From assembly GCA_963920595.1 (NCBI GenBank), contig OY986950.1, positions 3,286,001 to 3,350,000 on the forward strand: a DNA stretch of 64,000 nucleotides, read 5' to 3'. Every line of letters starts with the position of its first letter. The first letter of the stretch is position 1. This DNA comes from Eimeria praecox. Its lineage: Eukaryota. The position numbers and the translations under genes are program-made. Below the pieces are notes generated by a model. The model was given only the letters and a program-made list of their open reading frames with translations. It did not search any database and was not told where the DNA came from. This document shows positions 38,580 to 63,869 of this stretch, one piece after another.

Positions 38580-38925
38580 TAGCTAGCTAGCTAGCTAGCT
38601 AGCTAGCTAGCTAGCTAGCTAGCTAGCTAGCTAGTTAGCTAGCTAGCTAGCTAGCTAGCTGAGTGGCTAGCTGAGTGGCTAGCTAGCTCGATAGCTGAGT
38701 GGCTAGCTAGCCCGCTAGCTCGCTAGCTGGATGGCTTAGTAGCCAGCTAGCTAGCTAGCTAGCTGGCTTAGTAGCTAGCTAGCTAGCTAGCTAGCTACTC
38801 AGATAGCTAGCTAGCTACTAGCTAGCTAGGCAGTAGCCTGTGAGGGGGGTCCGCCCAGGCCGGCGAATGCAGTTTGTCTTGCTTGCTAGCTAGCTAGCTA
38901 GCTAGCTATGTAGCTAGCTAGCTAG
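38580..38925. repeat. (AGCT)n palindromic tetranucleotide repeat
   Basis: Direct reading; also at 21298-21465 and 25330-25378. Confidence 0.92.
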
Positions 38926-39124
38926 TCTTTATCTGCTGCTGTTAGGCTAGTCCCTTAAGTATGGAGGTCTGCTGCAGCAGAGACTGCTTTAGAGGGAGAG
39001 ACAGAGACGGAGAATATATGCAGCAAATGCTGCAACTAATTCTCATTGTTGTCTGTTGCTGTCTCCTTTCTATCTATTTTATATTATTCTATCTATTTTA
39101 TATTATTCTATCTCTTTTATATTA

Positions 39125-39880
39125 TTCTGTCTCTTCTCTGTCTCTCTCTCTCTTCTGTCTCTTCTCTCTCTCTTCTCTTCATTCTTCTGTCTCTTCTCTC
39201 TCTCTTCTCTTCATTCTTCTGTCTCTTCTCTGTCTCCTCTCTGTCTCTTCTCTGTTTCCTCTCTGTCTCTCTCTCTTCTCTGTCTCCTCTCTGTCTCTTC
39301 TCTGTCTCTTCTCTTCATTTTTCTGTCTCTTCTCTGTCTCTTTCTGTCTGTCCTCTGGCTACTGTCTCTGTCTTTTCTCTGTCTCTTCTCTGTCTCTTCT
39401 CTGCCTCCTCTCTGTCTCTTCTCTGTCTCCTGTCTCTGTCTCTTCTCTGTCTCCTGTCTCTGTCTCCTCTCTGTCTCCTCTCTCTGTCTCTTCCCTGTCT
39501 CTTCTCTGTCTCTTCTCTGTCTCTTCTCTGTCTCCTCTCTCTGTCTCCTCTCTGTCTCCTCTCTCTCTGTCTCTTCTCTGTCTCTTCTCTCTCTGTCTCT
39601 TCTCTGTCTCCTGTCTCTGTCTCTTCTCTCTCTGTCTCCTGTCTCTGTCTCTTATCTCTCTGTCTCTTCTCTCTCTGTCTCTTCTCTGTCTCTTCTCTTC
39701 ATTTTTCTGTCTCCTTTTGTTTGTTTCTTTCTGTCTCTTTCTGTCTCTTCTGTTTGTCTCTTTCTGTCTCTTCTTCTGTCTCCATTATCTTCTGTCTCTT
39801 CTCTTTATTCTTCTGTCTCCTCTCTGTCTCTTCTCTGTCTCTTCTCTGTCTCTTCTCTGTCTCTTCTCTGTCTCCTTTCT
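39125..39880. repeat. Degenerate CTGTCTCTTCT pyrimidine-rich repeat
   Basis: Direct reading. Confidence 0.88.
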
Positions 39881-40005
39881 ACCTCTTGTAGAACCCCACA
39901 CTCAGCTGTCTGTACACCTCAGGCGCAGCTCTTCTGAAAGCTGCATGCGTAGACGCCAGACAGCAGCAGCAGCAGTAGCAGCAACAGCAGCAGCAACACC
40001 AACAG

Positions 40006-40037
<32 letters not shown>

Positions 40038-40175
40038 ACAGCAGCAACAGCTACAGCAACAGCAGCAGCAGCAACAGATGCTGCTGCAGCTATGATACGT
40101 TGTGTCTCCTCATGCTGCATGCATTTTCCTTACAATACCTTTCTCTGTCTCTTTCAATAATAAAAAATAATTTTA

Positions 40176-40503
40176 ATATAATAATATAATAATATAATAA
40201 TATAATATAATATAATATAATATAATATAATATAATATAATATAATATAATATAATATAATATAATATAATATAATATAATATAATATAATATAATATAA
40301 TATAATATAATATAATATAATATAATATAATATAATATAATATAATATAATATAATATAATATAATATAATATAATATAATATAATATAATATAATATAA
40401 TACAATATAATAAATATAATATAATATAATATAATATAATATAATATAATATAATATAATATAATATAATATAATATAATATAATATAATATAATATAAT
40501 ATA
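40176..40503. repeat. (TATAA)n pentanucleotide array within AT-rich DNA between the convergent genes B and C
   Basis: Direct reading. Confidence 0.96.
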
Positions 40504-41466
40504 AATAGTTTGTTTGTTTTTTGTTTTTATGTTTTGTTTGTTATTAAGTTTAAATATTAATATTATATTTTATTATCTTGTTTAATATTTTATTTCTTGT
40601 TTTGTTTTGTTTTGTTTTGGATTATTTGTTGTCTTATTTAATATTATATTTATTATTTAGTTTAATATTTATTTATTTTAATGTTATATTTACTTATTTT
40701 AATATTATATTTATTTATTTTAATATTATATTTATTTATTTTAATATTATATTTATTTAGTTTAGGATTATATTTATTTATTTTAATATTATATTTATTT
40801 ATTTTAATATTTATTATACATTTTAATATATTTATTTTTTACTTCAACATATTTATTTATTTAATATTATATTTAATATTATATTTAATATTATATTTAA
40901 TATTTATTTAATATAATATATGTTTATTTATTTATTTCAATATTTTATTATTTGTTGTTTTGTTTGTAACAACAAGAAGGAGAATAGAAAGACAATCATA
41001 AGTTTACAAAACCTTGCTGCTGCTGCTTGCTGCTGCTGCTGCTGCTGCTTGTTGCTGCTGCTGCTGCTTGTTGCTGCTGCAGCTGCTTGTTGCTGCTGCT
41101 GCAGCTGCTTGTTGCTGCTGCTGCTGCTGCTTGCTGCAGCTGCTTGCTGCAGCTGCTGCAGCTGCTTGCTGCAGCTGCTGCAGCTGCTTGCTGCTGCTGC
41201 AGCTGCTTGTTGCTGCTGTAGCTGATTACTGCTGCAGCTGCATGCAGCCTACCTCGAGTATGTGGCTGTGTATGTATAATAGTATTGTTTTCTTTGTATT
41301 TGTTTTGAAATTATGTTTATTTATTTATTTAATTAATTTATTTATTTCTATGATATGTGTATCTGCATGCATGTATGGATGCATGCATGCATGCATGCAT
41401 GCATGCATGCATGGTTTTGGGGCTTTATTTTTATTTTTTTTTATTTTTTTTTGATTTTTTTTGTGT

Positions 41467-41670
41467 TTAATTATCTCTAAGGGTCTCAGCAAAGAAGGCC
41501 ATTTCTTTGCTGCTGCTGTCTACAGCAGCAGGTATTTCTTTCTTTGCAGCAGACAGCAGCAGCAGACTCTTCGTTAATCTCTCTTCTAAAGCAGCAGTAA
41601 AGTAAGCACGTACAGACACTGCAGGCGAGCCTAAGAGAAACACATGCAACGCAGCAAGTCTAGGGATACT

Positions 41671-41715
<45 letters not shown>

Positions 41716-41901
41716 GCACAAACAGCTGCAAGGGAAATGCTCTTGCAGCAGCAGATGAGGCTACAGCAGCAGCAGAAAAAAAACAACAGCAGCAGCAGCA
41801 ACAGCAGCAGCAACAGCAGCAGCAACAGCAGCAGCAACAGCAGCAGCAACAGCAGCCGAGCAACAACAACAGTAGCTTCAACAGCACTAGCAGGACTTGT
41901 A

Positions 41902-41934
<33 letters not shown>

Positions 41935-43112
41935 GCACCAGCAGCAGCAACATAGGATGTGTTGTTGTACTGATTCTGTCTTTCAAATGCAGAGCTTCTT
42001 GAATGAAAGGATAGTTAGTTAACGAGGGGGGTTTAGCTAGCTGTGTGTGGCTAGCTAGCTGTGTGTGGCTAGCTAGCTGTGTGTGGCTAGCTAGCTGTGT
42101 GTGGCTAGCTAGCTGTCTTTGTTTAGATAGCTGCTCGAAGCCCTTGACAAGATGCTGCAGGCTGCTGTTTTCTTCTACCCCACAAATTTTTAATATTTTT
42201 AAATTCTTCGTCTTCTCAAACTCAGAAAATAAATCTGTTAGAGCAGAATTTAACTCCTAAACATACACAACACAACTAGGGTTTAGGGTTTAGGGTTTAG
42301 GGTTTAGGGTTTTAGGGTTTACGGTTGGGGTTTAGGGGTCAGGGTTGGGGGTTTAGGGTTTAGGGTTTAGGGTTTAGGGTTTGATATTTAGGGGGTAGGG
42401 TTTGATATGTAGGGTTTAGGGTTTAGGGTTTAATATTTAGGGTTTAGGGTTAAATATTCAGGGTTAATATTTAGGGGTTAGGGTTTAGGGTTTAGGGTTT
42501 AGGGTTTATATTACTTGAGTGTATCGAGCTTGATCTATATCTTCTATCTCGTTTATAGATATTTAGGGTTTAGGGTTTAGGGTTTAGGGTTTAGGGTTTA
42601 GGGTTTATATTACTTGAGTATATCGAGCTTGATCTATATCTTCTATCTCGTTTATAGATATATCTTCTTCTTCTTCTTCTTTATCTTGTTTATCTTGTTT
42701 ATCTTCTTCTTTCTCGGTGTTTTCATTATAAGAATTAATAAAATTAAATTTTTTATTATTTTTTTTATTTTTTTTTTTATTTTTTTCTGCTTTTTTATTT
42801 TTTTTTGAATATTTATATGTAGAAGAAGAAAATAAAGAAGATGATTGTATATCATCTATTTTATTATCTGTCTCTTTCAAAGATACTATCTTGCATGCAA
42901 GCCCCAATTCTACTATTTCTAAGCTCTTACACTTCTTTAATAAATTTATACTTAGCCGCAAACCTCGAACCCGAAAATTTGGAAGAGACAAAACTTTCAA
43001 GCCCCGACATCTTAGCGCTGCCTGCATCGTAGCTTCAGACTCACAACACACAGATACTAAGAGATAGCTACCTAGCTAGCTAGCTAGCTAGCTAGCTAGC
43101 TAGCTAGCTAGC

Positions 43113-43147
<35 letters not shown>

Positions 43148-43152
43148 ACAAA

Positions 43153-43251
<99 letters not shown>

Positions 43252-44473
43252 ATAGCAAGATAGCTAGCTAGCTAGCTAGCTAGCTAGCTAGCTAGCTGCC
43301 TAGGTAGGTAGGTAGGTAGCTGGTTAAGTAAGTCGGTAGCTAGCTGGCTAGCTGTTCAGCTAACTAACCAGCTGGCCACATAGCTAGCTAAGTGTATAGC
43401 TAGCTAGCTAACTAAGTAGATAGCTAGCTAGCTAGCTAGCTAGCTAACTAAGTAGATAGCTAGCTAGCTAGCTAGCTAGCTAGGCGGCTAGGTAGCTAGG
43501 TAAGTAGGTAAGTAAGGGGAAGCGAAGTAGCTAGATAGCTACGTAGCTAAAATACAACCTGGCGAAGCATGCAGCTAGCTGGCTAGCTGTCTGGCTAGCT
43601 AGTTGTGTGGCTAGCCGCTTGTGTGGCTAGCTAGTTGTATGACTAGCTAGCTGTATGGCTAGCTAGCTGTATGGCTAGATAGCTGTCTGACTAGCTAGCT
43701 GCATGGCTAGCTATCTGTCTGGCTAGCTAGCTGTGCGGCTAGCTAGCTGTGTGGCTAGCTAGCTCTTTGGCTAGCTAGCTGTGTGGCTAGCTAGCTGCAT
43801 GGCTAGCTATCTGTTTGTATGGCTATCTATCTAGCTGCCTTGCAATAGATAACTATACTTCCTGCTAGCTAGCTGTCTTCCTAGCTAGCCAGTCAACAAT
43901 CTGGTTAGCTATCGTTGCAGGCAGCTACTTATATGCCTGTCTATTTGTGTAGCTAGCTAGCTGTCCAGCTAGCTGTCAAGCTAGCTGTCTAGCTAGCTGT
44001 CTAGCTAGCTGTCTAGCTAGCTGTCTAGCCAGCCGTCTAGCTAGCTGTCCAGCTAGCTAGCTGTCTAGCTAGCTGTCCAGCTGTCTAGCTGTCTAGCTAT
44101 CTGTCTATCTGTCTAGCTAGCTAGCTCTCTAGCTGCCTAGGTAGCTAGCTGTCCAGCTAGCTGTTCAGCTAGCTGTCTAGCTAGCTGTCTAGCTGTCTAG
44201 CTAGCTGTCTAGCTAGGTGTCTAGCTAGCTGTCTATCTAGCTGTCTATCTAGCTGTGTTAGTGTTTGTATTTGCTGCTGTGTATTGGTTACATAGGCAAT
44301 GACAAGGGCCCCTGCTTCAGTTAGATTTGTCTCTGCTACGTCGAGGAGACAGAAAGAAGGAGATGCCTCCAAAATAGAAGAGAGAAGATAAGAGAGACTG
44401 TCTCCTATCAGGGTCCCCCGCAAGCATAAACCTAAAAACATACAGACAAATCAATCTGTAGCAAGGAGACACC

Positions 44474-44559
<86 letters not shown>

Positions 44560-44638
44560 CTCTCTGTATCTATGCATAATTCTATGCATGTTTATCTGTC
44601 TGTCTCTCCCTCTCTCTCTCTCTGTATTTCTCTCTCTC

Positions 44639-44709
<71 letters not shown>

Positions 44710-45256
44710 AAGCATTATATAGATATGCTTGTTTGTTTGTGTTGAAGAGTGTCTGTATTTGTAGCAGTCTTCTAAAAACTTTATATATATAAATATATCC
44801 CTCAACTCCAAAGAAAACCCTAAACCCTAAACCCTAAACCCTAAACCCTAAACCCTAAACCCTAAAGGCCGCTGCACCTGTAACACAGTCGCTGTCTCTC
44901 ACAGCCTGCAGCACTTCAACAATATCTCCATCATTAATTTTATTATAAGATAAATCTAAAACCCCACAAAAAGCCCCAAGTTTATGCATGCGTATAGCGC
45001 ATGCAAGACGTGTTAACACTTTCTTATCAAGTGGAGCAGCAGCAGCAGCAGCTGCTGCTGCTGCTGCTGCTGCTGCAGCAGGACCTTGGCAGGTGCTGCT
45101 GCAGCAGCAACAATCTCTCCCTTCATTATTAGATGCATGCACAGACAAACTTAGATCGAGATAATCTCTCTTAAAAAAGCAAGATAAATCTTTATTACAT
45201 AATTCTACTACCTGTTCCGCTCTTGCCCCTGAGCTGTATATACACTCGAACTCCAT
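41467..45256 (-). CDS. Leucine-rich-repeat (RNI-like) protein
   Basis: Exons 44878-45256 ([24 protein letters not shown]), 44292-44431 ([40 protein letters not shown]), 42614-43021 ([25 protein letters not shown]), 41971-42256 (..[10 protein letters not shown]..), 41467-41630 (TAA). All are GT-AG and in phase. LxLxxNxI/LxxxG-type repeats at ~28-aa spacing. Confidence 0.75.
42277..42607. repeat. Telomere-like TTTAGGG tract filling LRR gene intron 3
   Basis: Direct reading; contains a duplicated exon end at ~42506-42562. Confidence 0.92.
43065..44255. repeat. AGCT-based and (TAAA)n repeats filling LRR gene intron 2
   Basis: Direct reading; 16-nt CTAGCTAGCTGTGTGG-type and 12-nt CTAGCTAGCTGT units. 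Confidence 0.9.
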
Positions 45257-45358
45257 TGTTTGAACATTCAGGTGTATAGGCAGGTATATATAACAAAAAT
45301 GTAGACAAATTATTATTATTATAACTAGTATTCTTCCTTATAAACAATCTACTACTAC

Positions 45359-45390
<32 letters not shown>

Positions 45391-46269
45391 ATACAGCAGA
45401 TAGAACAGCAGCAGCAGCAGCAGCAACAGCTACAAGTGTAGAAGAAGCAGCTCAACTGTTGCTGCTGCAGCAACTGCAGCAGCAACAAAAACAGCTACAG
45501 CAGCAACAGCAGCAGCAAGCAATGCAACAGCGAATTCAATTGCTGCTGCGATAAACTGCTGCTGCAAGTAATTAACAGATAGAGAAGTAGAACGTATTTA
45601 AAACCAAATAAAAAACAAACACACAAAAATCAAATTAATATTAACTTCCTTATACTTCAAATTACATGCATGCATGCATGCATGCATGCATGCATGCATG
45701 CATGCATGCATACGAGCATATATACATGCATGCATGCATGCATGCATGCATGCATGATTTGGGGCTTTTGTTGCATGCAGCATGGGGCTGGCTAGTTGTT
45801 GTTTTTGAGGGTCCTTTAATATCATTATTTAACGATGATAGAAGCATTTGATGTTGGTTTTGATTTTATTGCAGATTATATTTATAATAATATGTAGCTG
45901 CAGCCTAAACCCTAAACCCTAAACCCTAAACCCTAAACCCTAAACCCTAAACCCTAAACCCTAAACCCTATTAACTCTAAACCCTAAAGTCTAAAGTATC
46001 CCCATGAAGAGAATAAATAAATTCAATTATTTTATAAATATTTAATTTACATTTTAATGATATTATTAAATTTATTTTTATTTAAAATTAAAAATTGAGG
46101 GCCTCTCTCTCCCTCGTTGAGGTGTACATACACCGCAGCTCAGCGCTCTGTTGGCTTCACAGATATGCTGAAACAAACAAACAAAAAACAAACATAAAAT
46201 GTATTTAATTTATATTTAAATATTATTTAAAATACTACATAAATATTAAGAGCAATTAATAAACATACA

Positions 46270-46495
46270 CCTAGAAGGGGGCCCCTAGAGTGTATAGGGG
46301 CCCCCCTTCCTTAGGCCCCCCCCCTACCCCCCCAGGGGCCCCTCTTACAGGGGCCCCCCCCTTTTAGGGGTGGGGTCCTCTCTACTAAGGGCCCCCCTTA
46401 TAGGGGGGTGGGTAACCCCTCTAGGGGTCCCCCCTTAAGGGGCCCCCCTCTAGGGGGCCCCCCTCTAGGGGGCCCCCCCCTAGGGGGCCCCTTAT
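46270..46495. repeat. GC-rich cluster of palindromic GGGGGCCCCC motifs
   Basis: About 10 G-run/C-run dyads such as TAGGGGGCCCCCCTCTAGGGGGCCCCCCCCTAGGGGGCCCC, in AT-rich surroundings. Confidence 0.9.
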
Positions 46496-46678
46496 GAAGA
46501 GCGAAGGAGACAGTTTATTTGATTTTGTTGATTTAAATAATGTAGAGGGAGATTGCTTGTAGCGTCTGTCTCCTAGTGCTGCAGCTTGTAAACGTCTCTT
46601 CAGATATCTACATATCTATATCTGTATATCTATCTATATATATATCTATATATATATATATATATATGTATATATCTA

Positions 46679-46729
<51 letters not shown>

Positions 46730-46907
46730 ATATATAGTTGCTGGTGAGCTGCAGCACTTAGAGCCACTGCAGCAGCAACAGCAGCAGCAGCAACAGCAGC
46801 ATCGTTTGCTGCTGTTTGTTGGATGCGTTGTCTCCTCCTGTCTCCTTCAACACATTCTATTATGCTGCAGCAGATTCGGTGCGAGTTGCTGCTGCTCCTG
46901 CTGCTGC

Positions 46908-46943
<36 letters not shown>

Positions 46944-47043
46944 ATGCTACACACGGTAGTCCCTGCTCTTTTTATTTTTAAAGACAGGAGAGGACGAGCC
47001 TTCTCCTCTTGCTGCTGCTGTTGTCATTGCTGTTGCTGTTGTT

Positions 47044-47079
<36 letters not shown>

Positions 47080-47202
47080 CCTGCTGTTGCCGCATGCAGG
47101 TGTCTCCTCTGCATTGTCTCTTAGTTAGTGCTGTAGATACACCTGAGCAAGTTATCTAGAAATTAGTATAAAACGACAGATCGGTAGAGAGAGCTACAGA
47201 AG

Positions 47203-47239
<37 letters not shown>

Positions 47240-47364
47240 GCTGCTTGCTGCTTGCTGCTTGCTGCTGCTGCTTTGTTGTGTCTCTCTTGTGCTGCTAGCA
47301 GCCTTTGATTTTCTCTTCTGTGTTCTCTACTATATACAGGTCTATATGATATCCCCTGTCTCCT

Positions 47365-47422
<58 letters not shown>

Positions 47423-47499
47423 CTACTATACTCTACGAGCTCTTCTCTGTCTTCAACTCATTTGTCTCTCTTTTATTATTTATATCCATCTAAGACACC

Positions 47500-47534
<35 letters not shown>

Positions 47535-47588
47535 GTATAAATTATATATATAGAAATTATATATATAAATTATATATATAAATTAGAT

Positions 47589-47636
<48 letters not shown>

Positions 47637-47960
47637 ATATATATATATAATAAATACAATGTATAAATTATATATATTTTACGTTATATATATAAAATAT
47701 ATAATATATAAATTATATAAATTATATAAATTACATAAATTATATAAATTATATAAATTATATATATTATAAATTATATATATATTTAATATATATATAT
47801 ATATATACAGAATATATATAATATATATATAATATATATTATATATATTATAAACGATAGAGCTAAATAAATACAAAAAGATGATTCCACAGGAAATAAA
47901 CAAACTTGCTGTCTCTAAATGAAGTCATCACCATCATTCCAGGAGACACTAAACATATAC

Positions 47961-48008
<48 letters not shown>

Positions 48009-48055
48009 CTGCACCCGCTGCTGCTGCTGCTGCTGCTGTTGCTGCTGCTGAAAAT

Positions 48056-48104
<49 letters not shown>

Positions 48105-48207
48105 GGCTCTTCCTGTTGGTGAGTTATGCTCTTCTCTTTGTTTGCCTCCTGCTTTGGGGGGCCCTAACAGCTGCTACTGCTGTTGCTGCTGCTGCTGCTG
48201 CTGCTGC

Positions 48208-48261
<54 letters not shown>

Positions 48262-48648
48262 AACAGCAGCAGCAGCAGCTCCTGCTTATTATCGAGGGCC
48301 GTCACTCCCCTAAAAGCTCTCTGACAACACACAACACTGCTGCAGCAGCAGCAACATCCGATGCAGCAGCAGGCTGCTGCTGCTGCTGCTGCCGCTGCTG
48401 CTGTTGGTGCTGTTGCTGTTGCTGCTGCTGTTGCTGCTGCATGTAGCAGCAGAGACACAGCAGCAGACAAGCAGCAGCACAAAACACCAACAACAAATTC
48501 GCTGCTGTCTCCTTCAGCTGACTCACTGCATCGATAAGGAGACAGACAGACAGACACAAACCCTGCAGCTCCCTTTGCTGCTGCTGCTGCTGCTGCAGCT
48601 GCTGCTGCTGCTGCAGCAGCTGCTGCTGCTGCTGCAGTTATCTTCTTG

Positions 48649-53226
<4,578 letters not shown>

Positions 53227-53387
53227 GCTGCTGCTGTTGCTGCTGCTGCTGTTGCTGCTGCTGTTGCTGCTGCAACTCGATAAGAGATAAGAGAGACAGC
53301 AGCAGCAGCAAGATGAGGGGGAGGGGCGGGGGGGGGAAGAGGCCTAGAGGAAAGACTTAAGAAGTTGATAGCTGCAGAGCAGCAACA

Positions 53388-53421
<34 letters not shown>

Positions 53422-53709
53422 CGGTTGCTGCTGCGGTTGCTGCTGCTGTTGCTGCCACAGCAGCAGGGAGAGAGGCGACGTCGTTAGCTGCTGCTGCAGC
53501 TATAGCAGGCTGCTGCAGTTGCTGCTGCTGTAGTAGTTGCTGCTGCTGTAGTAGTTGCTGCTGCTGTAGTAGTTGCTGCTGCTGTAGTAGTTGCTGCTGC
53601 TGTAGTAGTTGCTGCTGCTGCTCAGATTACTGAGGTGTATACGCAGCTAAGCTGAATATGTCTGCTGCAAGGGGCAGAATCATCAGCAGCAAATTAAGAG
53701 GGGACGGCG

Positions 53710-53741
<32 letters not shown>

Positions 53742-53839
53742 AGGGTGCATGCCCTTGAAGGGCCCCACCACCACGAAAAGAAGAGCAGCAGACAATGCCT
53801 CCATGCTGCTGCTGCTGCTGTTGCTGCTGTTACTGCTGC

Positions 53840-53877
<38 letters not shown>

Positions 53878-54027
53878 CCAATGATAATGATGGCTGCTGC
53901 TGTAGGCAAGAGACACAGCAAAGCCTCCCCAGACGCTGAGGCGTTCGAGTGTACAGACAGAGGAGACAGGGGCTCCGCAGCTGCTGCTATTGCTGCTGCT
54001 GCTGCTGCTGCTTACGAGGACGATGGC

Positions 54028-54061
<34 letters not shown>

Positions 54062-54180
54062 GCTGCTGCTCATAGCCAGTCTATAACAAGACTGTATCTG
54101 TAGCTGTGTCTCTTGAAGAGACGTACTCAGACAGGCCCAGCTGCTGCAGAAGAGGTTGCTGACGTTGCTGCTGCAGCAAA

Positions 54181-54211
<31 letters not shown>

Positions 54212-54366
54212 GCAGCAAGCAGCAGCAAGCAGCAGCTCTCCTCTCAGGTCCCCTCGTCTCTTGAGGCTGGAGACGATCCCAGAAAGAATACAAACCTGAG
54301 ATGCAGCAGCAAGAAAAAAAGCCTTATCTGGGGTGCTGCAGCTGCTGCAGCAGCTGCTGCTGCTGC

Positions 54367-54408
<42 letters not shown>

Positions 54409-54743
54409 ACTCGGGGCCTCTCTGCTGTAGCCTCTATATCACCAGCCTACTAGCAGCGAACCCGCTAGCACATTAAAACAACTTCTCTCCCCCTGAGCAG
54501 ATGTTGCTGCTCTACACGCTATACTCCTGCTGCAGGCAGCACTCCGCAGCAGCAGCAGCAGCAGCAGCGCCGCCGCCGCAGCAGCAGCAGCAGCAGCAGC
54601 AGCAGCTCCAACGGCAGCAGCAGCTGCTGCTGCTGATCGATGATGAGCAGCAGCAACAAGCAAGGAGAGTTTGTTTGTATTTTATTATTCTTCTTTTGTT
54701 TAATATGTTGTTTTATTGTCTAGAAAAGAAGAAGAAGACTTGC

Positions 54744-54800
<57 letters not shown>

Positions 54801-54850
54801 AGCAGCAGGTCCTCCTGAACAGCCGCCCGCCGCTCAGAAGAGCTGCTGCT

Positions 54851-54898
<48 letters not shown>

Positions 54899-55087
54899 AG
54901 AAGAATATTTTAAAAGTAATATATTTAATAACTAGAAAATAATAAATAAACAAAGTAGAAGAAGGGGATGTTGCAGCATTATTGCTTAGGTGCCTATACA
55001 CCGTAGAACCTGCAGCAGCTCAGCAACAAACAGCCAAACCCACTTAACAGCTGCGGGTATTGCAGCAGCTGCTGTTGCTGCTGCTGC

Positions 55088-55130
<43 letters not shown>

Positions 55131-56166
55131 TCTGCTGCTGTTATGGTTAGTTTGTAGTTATTTTTTCTGCTGCTCCTTTGCTGCTGCATTCCTACATGCT
55201 TGGCTCTCTTAACAGCAACCTAGAATATATGTTGCTGCTGCTGCTGCTGCTGCTGCTGCAGCTGCTGCAGCAGCAGCAGCAGCAGCAGAATCGTCTCTGC
55301 TGCTGATTGTGTGCTGGTAAGGCGCTAGCGATGTCTCCTTATATTATATAAGTAACATTAATATTGTCTCCTCCCTCAGCAGCAGCAGCAGCAGCAGCAG
55401 CGTTATTAAATTAATATAATATTTATATTTATTTATTTAGTTAGTTGTTTTTAATTGTATCATACTCCTACTACACACCTCACCATACACCGTAGCCCAG
55501 CAGCAGCAGCAGCAGCAGCAGCAGCTGCTGCTGCAGCAGCAGCTAGCTGCTGCACCTCCCTATAAACAGCCATATTATATTATATTTTATAGTATATTAT
55601 ACATTATACATTTGTTTTAAATTATATTATTATTATTAATTATTATTAATTATTATTAATTATTATTAATTATTATTAATTATTATTAATTATTATTATT
55701 ATTATAATTTATTATTATTTATTATTTATTATTTATTATTTTAATACTTGCAGCACGTCCTCGCTGTAATGAGACAAGATACAATATAACAAACACGTTA
55801 AATATATTTAATATATATTTAATATAATTAATATATATTTAATATAATTAATATATAATTAATATATAATTAATATATAATTTATATATAATTTATATAT
55901 AATTAATATATAATTAATATATATTTGATATAATTAATATATAATTAATATAGAATTAATATAGAATTAATATATATTTGATATAATTAATATATAATTA
56001 ATATATAATTAATATATAATATATATATTATATATTATATATGTATTGTTTATTAACAAACAATGCGCGGGTAGTAAATAAGAAAAAGAAACAAACAAAC
56101 TCAAAGCACACCATATGCTGCTGCTGCTACAATCAACGTATTGCTGCAGCTGCTGCAGCAGCAGAA

Positions 56167-56206
<40 letters not shown>

Positions 56207-56517
56207 CTGGGGTTAAGAGTTATACTGGTGCTTGCCTACGTCTGGTCAGCAGCAGCAGCAGCAGCAGCAGTAGCAGCAGTCGTCTCCTGCCGTTGCTGCT
56301 GCTCTTCTATGTGTCTCCAACTCTAACGCAGCAGCTCTCACACAGCAGCTGTTGCTGCTGCCCGTGTTGCTGCTGCTGCTGCTGCTGCTGCTGCAGCTAT
56401 TGCTGCTGCTGCTGTTGCTATTGCTGCTGCTACTGCAGCTGCTATTAGTGCTGCAGGTGATGCTGGTGCTGCAATTGCGGCTGCTATTGTTGTTGTTGCT
56501 GCTGCTGCCGCTCCAAC

Positions 56518-56548
<31 letters not shown>

Positions 56549-56942
56549 ATCAAAGCAGCTGTTAAGACAGCCCGAAGGTGCTTCGCTAGGAAGCAGCAGC
56601 AGCAGACGAGGTGAAGATACGCCTGAACTAGCTCCATAGACACAAACTATCAATGCAGCAGCAGCAGCAGCAAACACCCCACACAACCATGCAGATATCT
56701 ACATGCTGCTGCTGCTGCTGCTGCTGCTGCTCTGCGCCGCTGCTGCGGTTTATACTGCTGCTGCTGCTGCTGCTACACCTCCTTCTTTATGCGCAGCAGC
56801 AGCAACTGCAGCAGGAGGAGCTGCAGCAGCAGCAGAAACTGCTGCTGCAGCTGCAGCAAAGCTCTTCTGTGTCCCCTCTGTCTCCAGGAGACAACTGCCG
56901 CGCCGAGCAACCTCTCTTCCCTGCACTAGCAGCAGCAGCATA

Positions 56943-56975
<33 letters not shown>

Positions 56976-56980
56976 AGTGG

Positions 56981-63831
<6,851 letters not shown>

Positions 63832-63833
63832 CT

Positions 63834-63869
<36 letters not shown>

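Noticed and set aside
38961..40160. 399-aa hydrophobic 'membrane protein' ORF
   Set aside because: Translation of a CT-rich simple repeat that is open in all three frames.
53300..56980. Gene between the phosphatase and the eIF2-alpha kinase (also 46740-48640)
   Set aside because: Only low-complexity short ORFs; compatible with UTR or intergenic DNA. A small gene cannot be excluded without RNA data.
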